From Acidobacteriota bacterium (lineage in GTDB: Bacteria; Acidobacteriota; UBA6911; RPQK01; JAJDTT01): DNA of 64,000 nucleotides. The DNA is taken from positions 2,752,001-2,816,000 of the forward strand of contig OZ242374.1 in NCBI GenBank assembly GCA_965209055.1. The letters are read 5' to 3'. This document shows, in pieces, positions 1 through 9,334 of this stretch; position 1 is the first letter of the stretch; every line of letters begins with the position of its first letter. The notes beneath the pieces were generated by a model. The model saw nothing but the letters and a program-made list of their open reading frames with translations. It was not told where the DNA came from and did not search any database. A program made the position numbers and the translations under genes.

Positions 1-2
1 AG

Positions 3-2342
3 AGAGATGGTCTCCAGACGGTTTATGGAACGAGATCCCAGGTACCCCACCTGCAAGAGGACGCCCGGAGACCACCGGTGTTGAAGGCTCAGCCCCCAGG
101 AATGGGTGGCCGCCAGCCGAAGGGGCGTCTCCATCCCCGAGTGGTTGGGAGCTGCCGAGTCCGCCAGGCTTTCCGGAAACGGATCTGACAATCTCAAGGT
201 GGCCTCCTCCAGGGGCGCCAGGAACACTAGGCGCCGAGCCCCCGGACGTGGATTCTTGGCCATTTCCTGAACCATGTTCAGATCGGGCTCATTGGAATAG
301 ATTCCGTAGCCGCTTCTCAGCACCGTGGCGTTTCCGAGCCGATACGAAATCCCCAGACGGGGAAGGATGGCGGCGGCCCGGTTCCACTCGACCAGGGGGA
401 AACCGGGTTCGAAGCGGCCGGTTTGGGGAGCCGGCGGGTCCGCATCCACGAGCGGGGGAGTCAGACGTCCCTCGGCCACGTCGAAGTTGGCCATGAAGCC
501 CCGCTTGTCCCGCCAGGGGAGCCGAAGCTCGTATCGCAGTCCCAGCGTGAGGGTCAGCCTGGGGCGGACCCTCCACACGTCCTTGAAGTAGAAATAGAAG
601 CTGTTCTGGTGGAAGTTGCCCCGGAAGTCCTCGCCGCCCAACTCGGTGCGCGCCGGATGTCCCAGCAGAAAGTCGGCGAACGCGTTTCCCGTATACCGGC
701 TGAAGAACTCGAATCGGGAACGGCGCTGCATGACGTAGAAGTTGTAGTGCTGCCGGAATTCGACCCCTCCGCGCAGCGTATGGTTGCCGCGGGACCAGGA
801 GACGTCGTCCTTGACCTGCCAGTTCCCCAGGTTGGCGTGCCCCACGGCGCCCGAGTCGCCGATTCCGGTGTAACCCTGGATGACGATGGAGGGAACGCCG
901 CTCCGGTCGGCCTCGCTCTTCAGCAGTTGCGGAATGCCGAGACCCAGAGGGACTTGGGGCTTGGGTCGGGACGGACCGGCGATGTAGGGGCGGAAGAACC
1001 AGTGGATGCTGGCCGCGTTGATCAGTCCGTTGCCCAGGGTCCTGGTGTTGGAGACCGATTGTCCGTAGCTCCGCAGGGGCTGTACCGCAGAAAAGACGCT
1101 GAATGTCCGAGGGGAAACCTGGGGACTCGAATCCCAGATGAAGCGGCCGGCCCATCGGCTGCGGGGCGAGGTCGCAAGGTCCACGCGCGAGATGATCTGG
1201 GGATTGTCCAGGTTTGCCGTCGAATCGGGACTGGTGAAGTTCAGGGGGCCGGGCGTATTCGGAGACGGCCAGAAGTGGAGGAGCTTCGTAGACACGGGAT
1301 CCAGGCGTTGCCGGGGCAGCCGGCCGTCCGGGAACGGTTTCCCGGTCGTCGGGTCCAGGATGGCCGATGAGAACTCGCCCCGCTTTTCGGCGTCGGTGGG
1401 AACGACGCCGGTCAACGGCCGGGTCTCCCGAATCGACCGGAGCTGGTAGGAGACGAAGAACCAGGCCTGGTCCGCCCCGTCGTACAGACCGGGGATCAGG
1501 ACCGGACCTCCCAGGGTCGCACCCAACTGGTTGCGCTTGAATTCGGCCTTCCCCTGTTCGAAGAAATTGCGGGCGTCCAGGTTGTCGTTCCGGTGAAACC
1601 AGTACAGGTTTCCGTGAAACTGGTTGCTGCCGCTCTTCGTCACCGCCGTGATCTGGCCGCCGGGACGCACGCCGTACTCGGCCGAATAGAGGCCGGTCTT
1701 CACGTCGAATTCCTGCAAGGCGTCGGTGCTCGCCTTGAACGGGGTATCGCCGTCTCCGTGGGTGAAGAGGGTGCCGTCGATATAGGTGAGATTGTCCTTG
1801 AACCTCATCCCCATGACCTGGACGTTGCCCCCCCTCGAAGCCGAGGGAGCAGCCCCCGCCGCCAGACCGGCCAGCTTTCCCATGTCGCGGGCGTTGACCG
1901 GCAAAGAGTCGAGTTTCTCCTGGTCGATGACCTGTCCCAGATCCGTCCTCCCGGCTCCCAGCAGAGCCGGCCCCGCTTGTTCGACCGAGGTTTCGGCGGC
2001 GTCCCCCCGCCGGAGTCGGAAATCCGCCCGGAGGGACTGTCCCACCAACAGATCCAGGTCCCGAAGAACCATGGTCCCAAATCCCGACGACGCCACGGCC
2101 ACCTCGTACTTTCCCACCGGGAGGCCGTCGCGCCGAAAATAGCCCGCCGGGCTGGTGAGAAGCTCGACGGCCTGATTCGTGTCCTGGTGTCTCAGGCTGA
2201 CCTGGGCATTCGCCGCGGGAGATCCGTCCGGCAGCAGGACCCGGCCCAGAATGGTGCCGGTGTCGATCTGGGCCATCAGGAGAACGCCGGCCGCGAGGCA
2301 GACGGCCAGAGCCGGCGCCGGAAGTATTCGAATGAGCCTCAT
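3..2342 (-). CDS. TonB-dependent receptor with N-terminal carboxypeptidase-regulatory-like domain (partial, runs off window start; missing from ORF track)
   Basis: Manual translation from ATG at 2342: MRLIRILPAPALAVCLAAGVLLMAQIDTGTILGRV...DALQEFDVKTGLYSAEYGVRPGGQITAVTKSGSNQFHGNLYWFHRNDNLDARNFF...FKRNQLGATLGGP, typical of Acidobacteria-type TBDRs; signal peptide. Confidence 0.9.
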   Translation of the reverse strand, partial: MRLIRILPAPALAVCLAAGVLLMAQIDTGTILGRVLLPDGSPAANAQVSLRHQDTNQAVELLTSPAGYFRRDGLPVGKYEVAVASSGFGTMVLRDLDLLVGQSLRADFRLRRGDAAETSVEQAGPALLGAGRTDLGQVIDQEKLDSLPVNARDMGKLAGLAAGAAPSASRGGNVQVMGMRFKDNLTYIDGTLFTHGDGDTPFKASTDALQEFDVKTGLYSAEYGVRPGGQITAVTKSGSNQFHGNLYWFHRNDNLDARNFFEQGKAEFKRNQLGATLGGPVLIPGLYDGADQAWFFVSYQLRSIRETRPLTGVVPTDAEKRGEFSSAILDPTTGKPFPDGRLPRQRLDPVSTKLLHFWPSPNTPGPLNFTSPDSTANLDNPQIISRVDLATSPRSRWAGRFIWDSSPQVSPRTFSVFSAVQPLRSYGQSVSNTRTLGNGLINAASIHWFFRPYIAGPSRPKPQVPLGLGIPQLLKSEADRSGVPSIVIQGYTGIGDSGAVGHANLGNWQVKDDVSWSRGNHTLRGGVEFRQHYNFYVMQRRSRFEFFSRYTGNAFADFLLGHPARTELGGEDFRGNFHQNSFYFYFKDVWRVRPRLTLTLGLRYELRLPWRDKRGFMANFDVAEGRLTPPLVDADPPAPQTGRFEPGFPLVEWNRAAAILPRLGISYRLGNATVLRSGYGIYSNEPDLNMVQEMAKNPRPGARRLVFLAPLEEATLRLSDPFPESLADSAAPNHSGMETPLRLAATHSWGLSLQHRWSPGVLLQVGYLGSRSINRLETIS

Positions 2343-2478
2343 GACAACTAATCCGCGCTCCATGATACCTGTTGGCGAATTGCTTCCCATGTCCGCGGCA
2401 CTTGCTCCCGCTTGCGTAGCAATGGCCTTTCCTGGACACTCGGGTCCCAACCTGCCCAGCGACAAGAGGAAGGAAACC

Positions 2479-3702
2479 ATGAATCGAAGAAGCTTCGTCG
2501 GTTCGGTGGCCGGGACTGCCGGGTTTGCCGCCGCCATGGCCCAGGACGCTCAAGCAGAGGCGCATCAGGCCCTGTCGGAGATGCGAATCACCCGGATTCG
2601 CTTCTACGAGGCCCCCTCCCGCGTCATGTTCAATCAGAGCGCCCACGTTTCTCTCGTCGAAACCAATCAGGGCATCGTGGGGGTGGGCGAAGGGGGATCG
2701 GCGGACACCATCCGCCAGTGCGCCGGCCTGCTCATCGGAGAGAACCCGGCCCGCATCGAGCATCTGTGGCAGCTCATGTACCGGGGGCACTTCTATCCCC
2801 CCGGACGGGAGAAAATCCACGCCCTGGGCGCACTGGACCTGGCGCTCTGGGACATCCGGGGCAAGGCTCTCGGCGTCCCCGTCTACCACCTGCTTGGAGG
2901 CCCGGTTCGGAAGCACATCGAGTGTTATTCGACGGGATTCGGGGGCTACAAGACGACACGGGATGCAGCCCGCGCCTGCATGGACGCCGGTTTTCGGGCC
3001 TTTAGAACCAGCACTCGGGGTTCGGGTGACCAGTACAACCCACGCCAATCCGTTCGCGACACCTACAAGCTCTGCGTCGAGGTTCGAAAAGGGGTCGGCC
3101 CCGACGGCGATTGGGCCGTCGACTACCACACGCGTCTGGACATGCCCGACGCCATCCGGCTCTCCACCCTCATCGAAGACCTGGAGCCCTACTTCGTCGA
3201 AGACCTGATCCGCAGCGAGAATCCGGGCGTCTACCGGCAGTTGCGCCCTCAGGTGAAGGTGCCCATCGCCGTGGGCGAGCAGTTCGGCGACCGCTGGGAC
3301 ATCAACGAGCTGATCGAGGAACGGCTCATCGACTATTCGAGAGTCTCCCTCCCCAATGCCGGCGGCATCACCGAGTTCATGAAGATCGCCGTCCTTTGCG
3401 AGACCCACTACGTCGGATTGATCCCCCATTTCACCGGCCCGATTGCCACCGCCGCCCTGGTGCATGCCTGCAACGCCTTTCCGGGGCCCGTCCTGACGGA
3501 GATGCGGGGCAGCCGGAAAAAGGATCTGGCCCACCTGCCGGTGAGCTACGACTTCCGGGGGGGAAAACTCTGGCCCACCGACCGGCCGGGCCTGGGTGTC
3601 GTGGTCGATACGAAACCCCTGAAGCTGGTGGCCGAAGTCACGGAGCCGATGGCAGGCGCCCCTTTGAATCGGCGTCCCGACGGCTCCATCACGAACTGGT
3701 GA
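2479..3702 (+). CDS. Mandelate racemase/muconate lactonizing enzyme family (galactonate dehydratase-like) with Tat signal
   Basis: MNRRSFVG Tat motif; ALGALDLALWDIRGKALGVPVYHLLGG; VDYH, FVED, AVGE metal ligands; purine-rich RBS upstream. Confidence 0.9.
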   Translation: MNRRSFVGSVAGTAGFAAAMAQDAQAEAHQALSEMRITRIRFYEAPSRVMFNQSAHVSLVETNQGIVGVGEGGSADTIRQCAGLLIGENPARIEHLWQLMYRGHFYPPGREKIHALGALDLALWDIRGKALGVPVYHLLGGPVRKHIECYSTGFGGYKTTRDAARACMDAGFRAFRTSTRGSGDQYNPRQSVRDTYKLCVEVRKGVGPDGDWAVDYHTRLDMPDAIRLSTLIEDLEPYFVEDLIRSENPGVYRQLRPQVKVPIAVGEQFGDRWDINELIEERLIDYSRVSLPNAGGITEFMKIAVLCETHYVGLIPHFTGPIATAALVHACNAFPGPVLTEMRGSRKKDLAHLPVSYDFRGGKLWPTDRPGLGVVVDTKPLKLVAEVTEPMAGAPLNRRPDGSITNW

Positions 3703-3765
3703 CGATAGGAGCGGGGGTTGTTAACCCCCGATTCCGACTCGTCAATGACGAGAGGGATCGGTGAC

Positions 3766-5247
3766 ATGGCATCGCGGGTGAATCGTCGGATCTTCCTGGG
3801 GACCGGGATGGGTGGGGCGGCGCTCGTCTCACGGTTCTCTCACTCCCAATCGGCGTTGACTGTCGGCGACCGCGCCCAGTTGCTCTGGGACGATCACTTG
3901 GTGGACCGGAAAGCGGGCGTCCGGCTCAGCATCACCCCCGCCCGGGCCGACCACCTCCGCCTGGTTTCGCCCGACGTTCCGACCGACCAGGACGGCGTGT
4001 GGGCCTGGGTCACTGTCGGAGACGAGGGCGGCCGGGTGCGGATGTGGTACTCGGGCCGCGCCCTGGGCGATCCGGCCGAAGTCAGCCGGTTCTGCTACGC
4101 CGAGTCGGAGGACGGCGTCCATTGGGACAAGCCCGCCTGTGGGGTCACCTCGTTTCAAGGCAACCGGCGCAACAACATCGTCCTCACCGTCCAGCACGAA
4201 GGGGGCGTATTCCTGGATCCGTCCGCCGGACCGGGCCAACGGTACAAGTGTGTCTTTGGAGAACGGGACAGGAAGCGCGGTTACGGGCACCGGATGACCC
4301 TTCCGCTTCGGGGAGGATCCCGGGATTGGCTGGGCCCCACCATCGAGGGAGCGTCGTCACCGGACGGCATCCATTGGACCAAGGGGCCCGGTCCTCTGAT
4401 GGACTGGTACACCGACACCTGCAACGTCTGCTACTACGACACCCGGCTGAAAAAGTACGTCTGCTTCGTTCGCGACAACCAGTATCCCCGCTTCAAGGGC
4501 GGAGCCATCCGCTGTATCGGCCGCACCGAGAGCGAGACCTTCGGCGACTTCCCACGCCCGGAGCGTGTCCTGGCGCCCGACCGGGACGATCCGCCGGGGA
4601 TGGACCTCTACAATTCGGCGGCCCAGCCCTACCCGTTCGCCGACGGGTTTTATCTGCTGTTCCCGTCGGCCTACTACCACGACACGGACAACCTGGAGAT
4701 TCAGATCGCCACCAGCCGGGACAGCGTGCGTTGGCGGAGGCCCGACCGGAGTCCGTTTCTGAGTCCCGGCAGGGAAGGGGACTTCGACAGCCGCATGGTC
4801 TACATGGGCGTTGGAATGATTTCCCGCAGGGACGAGATCTGGATGTACTACGGCGGCTTCGACGTGGGCCATGAACAGGTCAAGCGGGCGCCCGGCATGG
4901 GAGGCGTCGGCCGGGTCAGGTTCCTGCGGCACCGGATCGTCGCCCAGGCGGCCGAGTCGGCCCTTGGCCACCTGGTCACGAAGCCGCTGATCTTCTCGGG
5001 CCGGCATCTGCAACTGAACGCCGATTGCGGAGCCGGCGGCCGGATCCGGGTCGGCGTCCTGGGGCTGGACGGCGCCCCGGTCCCGGGTCTCGGCTTGGAG
5101 GAATGCGAGCCGCTTATCGGCGATGTCCTGCGAGGCGTGGTCCGGTGGAAATCAGACGCGCGACTCTCCGACCTGGCCGGAAAACCGGTCCAACTCAGCT
5201 TTCGCCTGCAGCGGCGAGCCCGCCTCCACGCCTTCCGTTTCCGATAG
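3766..5247 (+). CDS. Tat-exported beta-propeller glycoside-hydrolase-like protein (GH32/43/130-like)
   Basis: NRRIFLG Tat motif; YAESEDGVHWDKP, SPDGIHW, SRDSVRW repeats; EIWMYYGG; C-terminal LQLNAD..GGRIRV domain. Confidence 0.65.
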   Translation: MASRVNRRIFLGTGMGGAALVSRFSHSQSALTVGDRAQLLWDDHLVDRKAGVRLSITPARADHLRLVSPDVPTDQDGVWAWVTVGDEGGRVRMWYSGRALGDPAEVSRFCYAESEDGVHWDKPACGVTSFQGNRRNNIVLTVQHEGGVFLDPSAGPGQRYKCVFGERDRKRGYGHRMTLPLRGGSRDWLGPTIEGASSPDGIHWTKGPGPLMDWYTDTCNVCYYDTRLKKYVCFVRDNQYPRFKGGAIRCIGRTESETFGDFPRPERVLAPDRDDPPGMDLYNSAAQPYPFADGFYLLFPSAYYHDTDNLEIQIATSRDSVRWRRPDRSPFLSPGREGDFDSRMVYMGVGMISRRDEIWMYYGGFDVGHEQVKRAPGMGGVGRVRFLRHRIVAQAAESALGHLVTKPLIFSGRHLQLNADCGAGGRIRVGVLGLDGAPVPGLGLEECEPLIGDVLRGVVRWKSDARLSDLAGKPVQLSFRLQRRARLHAFRFR

Positions 5248-5460
5248 GAGGGGGGACTTTCCTGTCCCCCCGTCTTCTTTCATCGGGGATGTAGAGGGAG
5301 GATTGCCGACCCCTTTACGAAATATTCTCTTAAGCATCTGATAATAAGAGAGTTATAGTCTATTCTCCCGAACTGGTTCCCTCATTGCATCCCACGTCCT
5401 AAACGGGATTCCATGCGACCGTATTGGAGGTTCGTGGACCCCATGGACGAGTTTCGAGCT

Positions 5461-5890
5461 TCGACTCCAATGTCTGAAGAGCTTGTGCGCTCCGGGAATT
5501 GGGGACCTACATTCGGTGCCGACCGGGGCCGTTTGGCCAGTACTTGCTGAAGACGTATCGGCTTCTTCCCCGGCGATCCTTCACCTTCTAGATGCCCATG
5601 CATCTCCTTCTTTCCGGATCCGGGTTCTTCGGCGTGGGACGGATCGTACCACGGCTTCCAGAGAATCAACGCAGGCGTTCAAGTCCTCCAGTGCGAAGGA
5701 GTCCGGCAGGCGGTGTCGAGTCCGGCTCTGGCGTTGATGAGGTTCAGCTCGGCCAGTTTGAGAATCGTGCCAATGGCCCTGCCCAGATACTGGGCGGCGG
5801 TGGACCCTCTGAAAAGCCTCCGGTCGGGCACCTTCCGGAACCTGAACGTAGACACGCCTGCGAGGGGGAACGGTGGCCAATGGCCCCCCT
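5461..5890 (-). pseudogene. Decayed excisionase plus integrase N-terminus, homologous to 59340-59663
   Basis: Clear nucleotide similarity to the int/xis junction at 59.3-59.7 kb; int start reads ATG GGC ATC TAG (stop at codon 4); upstream frame RLFRGSTAAQYLGRAIGTILKLAELNLI resembles an Xis HTH. Confidence 0.8.
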
Positions 5891-6102
5891 CAGTTTTGGC
5901 CAGAGAGCCAGGATGTCAGCCATACGTCGTGCTCCGCGCCGCCAGACTCATCGGATTCAATCAAGTCCCCCCGCCGATTTATGCCGATGCCTCACAGCAG
6001 CGGAGAAGAGGTACAAGCTGGGAGGATCGATCGAGGTCGAAAGCCGGCTCGATGGCGCGGGCAGCCTGCTGGAACCCAAACTTGAAATCACGCCACCGGC
6101 TG

Positions 6103-6360
6103 CTAAGGGATTTCCAGTTCTTCGAAGGTCAGATTCAGGATCGGATATTCTGACCAATCCTGGTAGTCGAAGTGCCACCATTCGTAAGGGTAGATGGTAA
6201 ATCCGTGCCTCTCCATGACCGTTCTGAGACGATTCCTGTTCTCACGCTCTTGAGCAGCTACTCCATCGTAGTCGGGGTAAGATCGCTCAGTGAATTCATC
6301 GTACCCGCTTCCCATGGCAGCCGGACGGCCCGATTCCAGGTGATAAAGGGTAGTGACCGG
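6103..6360 (-). pseudogene. C-terminal fragment of D-Ala-D-Ala dipeptidase (VanX/DdpX, M15)
   Basis: MGSGYDEFTERSYPDY...NRNRLRTVMERHGFTIYPYEWWHFDY; the N-terminal half with the SxHxxGxAxD motif is absent. Confidence 0.75.
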
Positions 6361-6644
6361 AAAGCGGATCCAGCAGAGTTGGGGATTTCTTGTCAACCAA
6401 TGATCAATTTCAGGCGGTTTCACGGGTGTCGTTGCAGTTCTCCAGAAACCGGTTTTCCCGAAGACTGCCAGCTCAAAGTATGAATGTTTTGACTCCCAAG
6501 GACTCGGCCCAGTCTCAGACCGCCAGGACCATTAACTCCAACGTCTCGCATCGGACTAGCGCGGACCAATGGAACTCATACGGTTCCTGATCTACCCAAC
6601 CCGCTGCCCGAGTCCATGGTAATCTCGCTCCAAATGATGCTCCC

Positions 6645-7691
6645 ATGAACATGAAAAAGATGCAGCGACGAAGTTTTCTAAACAGTTCGATTTGGCTTGG
6701 TTTTGGAGGAGTTCTTACTGGTACATCACAGAAGACCGGACCAGCGCTTGTAAAACCACGGCGGTTTCGTAAAGGAGACAAGGTGGCACTCATCAATCCT
6801 GCCGGTGCCATCGCCCACCGGATGGATTTGGAAATCGTCCAGGAAAGTCTGGAAGCTCTCGGCCTCAGGGTGAAGCTGGGGAAGCATGTCATGGACCGAC
6901 GAGGGTATCTAGCCGGCAGCGATGAAGATCGAGCCGCCGATGTGAACCGCCAGTTCGAAGATTCCTCGGTAACTGGCATCATCGCCGTTCGGGGAGGCTG
7001 GGGATGTGCCCGTATCCTGCCCCTTCTGGATTACCAACTCATCGGTCGGAATCCCAAGATTCTGGTGGGTTACAGCGATGTGACGGCACTTCTACTGGGT
7101 ATTCATTCCAAGACGGGGCTGGTCACCTTCCATGGGCCAGTCGGACTCGGCCCTTGGAATAGCTTTACAGTGGAACACTTCACCAAAATTCTTTTTGAAG
7201 GTCAGGCGGCCGAGTTGTCGAACCCTAAGGTTCTCGACGACAATTTGACCCAGGTCCAGAACAGAATCCAGACCATCGTCCCGGGAGTTGTCCGCGGTCG
7301 AATGCTCGGTGGCAATTTGACTGTTCTCTCAGCCATCGTAGGGTCTTCTTACCTGCCTGAATGGAATGATGCGATTTTGTTCCTGGAGGACATCCAGGAG
7401 AGTATTTACCGAGTGGACCGGATGTTGAGCCAGTTGGCGTTGGCTGGCATCTTGGATGAGATAAGCGGTTTCGTGTTTGGCCATTGCACCGACTGTGGTC
7501 CCGGAGAGGGCTACGGCTCTTTGACGATCGAACAGGTTCTAGCCGACCATGTAGGCGAACGAAACCTGCCCTCCTGGCGCGGGGCTATGATCGGTCATAT
7601 CAGCCAGAAATTTACCATCCCTCAGGGGATTCCGGCTGAAATCGACGCCACCACGGGAAGGATACAGTTGCTTGAGGCAGCCGTCGCGTGA
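6645..7691 (+). CDS. LD-carboxypeptidase, peptidase S66 family, Tat signal
   Basis: RRSFL; YLAGSDEDRAAD; RGGWG; GYSDVTAL; FHGP; GGNLTVL; FLEDI; IGH catalytic motifs. Confidence 0.92.
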   Translation: MNMKKMQRRSFLNSSIWLGFGGVLTGTSQKTGPALVKPRRFRKGDKVALINPAGAIAHRMDLEIVQESLEALGLRVKLGKHVMDRRGYLAGSDEDRAADVNRQFEDSSVTGIIAVRGGWGCARILPLLDYQLIGRNPKILVGYSDVTALLLGIHSKTGLVTFHGPVGLGPWNSFTVEHFTKILFEGQAAELSNPKVLDDNLTQVQNRIQTIVPGVVRGRMLGGNLTVLSAIVGSSYLPEWNDAILFLEDIQESIYRVDRMLSQLALAGILDEISGFVFGHCTDCGPGEGYGSLTIEQVLADHVGERNLPSWRGAMIGHISQKFTIPQGIPAEIDATTGRIQLLEAAVA

Positions 7692-8066
7692 AGCCGCTCA
7701 TCGTCTTGACCGCCTTCCTGCAAAGGACTGATGATGGACGGGAGAGACCCCCCTGGGGGTGTTTCGCAAATGTAAGTTGCGCGACGCCGCCGTGCCGATC
7801 CGGGAGGCAATAAGGGGGGCGCTCCCGTCCACCTCCGATTTCCCCGAGCGGCACAGCGAAGCCAGGAATATGGCCGTAACTGCTTGAGCGAAAAAGCGAT
7901 CGGGGAAATCGCGCGTGTAAATCGACAGTTCCCTGCGGTGTAAGTTGCCCTGATTGTCTCACTTACACTCCCCGATCGGCACGGAACCCCACTTTTCAGT
8001 GGTCAAGATCGAGTTCCCGGAAGCCAGCTCGAACGCCGTACCACAAAAAAGAAAATCGCCGCTCCT

Positions 8067-9215
8067 CTACTCCCCAGAATCCGGCTTGATGAAGAACACG
8101 TGCGTGTTGGTGTCGAGGCCGTCGTAGACGATGCTGTATTGCACCATCAGTTCATTGGGGACTTTGTCGTCATATTGGTTGATGACGCAGTTGTGACTGT
8201 ACCCGTCGGCATGCCTCTCATCCCCGCTGACGATGATCCCGCTCCCCCAATTGACGCCGTCGTCGGACTGGTAGAGGACGAAGCGGTCTTTTCCCTCGCC
8301 GTATTGCCCCGACCTGCCATGCAGATAGTATTTCCCCGCCAGGTAGGCGAGTTCGGGATCGCGAACCTTCTTGTCCAGATAGGCGCGCCTCTGCTCGGTC
8401 CAGGTCTTTCCCTGGTCGCGGCTGACGCAATAGTAAAAATGGTGTTCATCCTTTTCGGTGTAGGCGCCCGCCAGTAACCGGCCATCCTCCATGATGCTCA
8501 TGGCGCCGTACCATTTGTCGTCGTCCAGAGGCAGGGTGCTTCTCCTGCGCCAGCTTTGTCCGTCGTCGGTGCTGACGTACAGGACGTGGGGACCTTGGCT
8601 GATGTCGTAAAGCACGAAATTGGTGTCTTCCTTCACCTCCACCGCGCACGGGTACCCGACAAAATCTCCGTCGAGCGGTTCGTAGTCGATCCAGGTGACG
8701 CCGTGGTCCCGACTCCTCATGAAGCCGCTCCGGCTCCGGCCGTTGTCCACATGGGTAAGAAACAGGACGACGGTTCCGTTCCCGGTCGTCAGACCTTCTT
8801 CGACGATCACCGGCCGTTTCGGATCCTTCCGGTACGCCTGGTACGAATACTCGAACCTGTTGTACCTCTCCCACGTCCTGCCGCGGTCCTTGCTGAGGGC
8901 GTAATCGCTCCACCCGTCGGAGTTGTGGTCGCTGGTATTGGCATAGAAGGCCGCGATATGGCCGTTCGCGTACTCCAGGCAGACGGGCCCCCCGTGCGAG
9001 CACCGTCCCGGAGCGTCGTTCTCCAGATCGGCGATGATGTTGCCGAAGATGTCGTCCCCGAGCCGGGTGGCAGGATCGTGATCGTAGATCGACGCCCCTT
9101 CGATGGGATGGTAATGGACGTCCTCCTGCCCGGTTGAAGGAACCTGCGCGCACCCGGCGAGGATGGAACCGACCAGGCACAAAAGGAATACGGAAGACGG
9201 TATCGAGCGATTCAT
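8067..9215 (-). CDS. BNR/Asp-box sialidase-family lipoprotein
   Basis: Lipobox LAGC; Asp boxes SKDRGRTW, SRDHGVTW, STDDGQSW, SRDQGKTW, SDDGVNW; paralogue of 53560 and 54813. Confidence 0.8.
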   Translation of the reverse strand: MNRSIPSSVFLLCLVGSILAGCAQVPSTGQEDVHYHPIEGASIYDHDPATRLGDDIFGNIIADLENDAPGRCSHGGPVCLEYANGHIAAFYANTSDHNSDGWSDYALSKDRGRTWERYNRFEYSYQAYRKDPKRPVIVEEGLTTGNGTVVLFLTHVDNGRSRSGFMRSRDHGVTWIDYEPLDGDFVGYPCAVEVKEDTNFVLYDISQGPHVLYVSTDDGQSWRRRSTLPLDDDKWYGAMSIMEDGRLLAGAYTEKDEHHFYYCVSRDQGKTWTEQRRAYLDKKVRDPELAYLAGKYYLHGRSGQYGEGKDRFVLYQSDDGVNWGSGIIVSGDERHADGYSHNCVINQYDDKVPNELMVQYSIVYDGLDTNTHVFFIKPDSGE

Positions 9216-9334
9216 GGCGACTCCTTTCCCGCTCGTGGCTGCTCTCGCCGGACGACCGATCCACCAGTCGCCCCGGCCGCAGCCGGCATCGAGCCTTTTG
9301 GTGCGGACTGCTAGAATAGCCTCCATCTTCTGAA

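Noticed and set aside
289-3534. 1081-aa minus-strand ORF
   Set aside because: Shadow ORF: antisense to the enolase-family gene and out of frame with the real TonB receptor; low-complexity R/G/P composition.
6645-7691. S66 peptidase as MccF-type immunity or as the graspetide leader peptidase
   Set aside because: It is 38 kb from the RiPP locus, Tat-exported and next to a D-Ala-D-Ala dipeptidase remnant, which fits peptidoglycan recycling.
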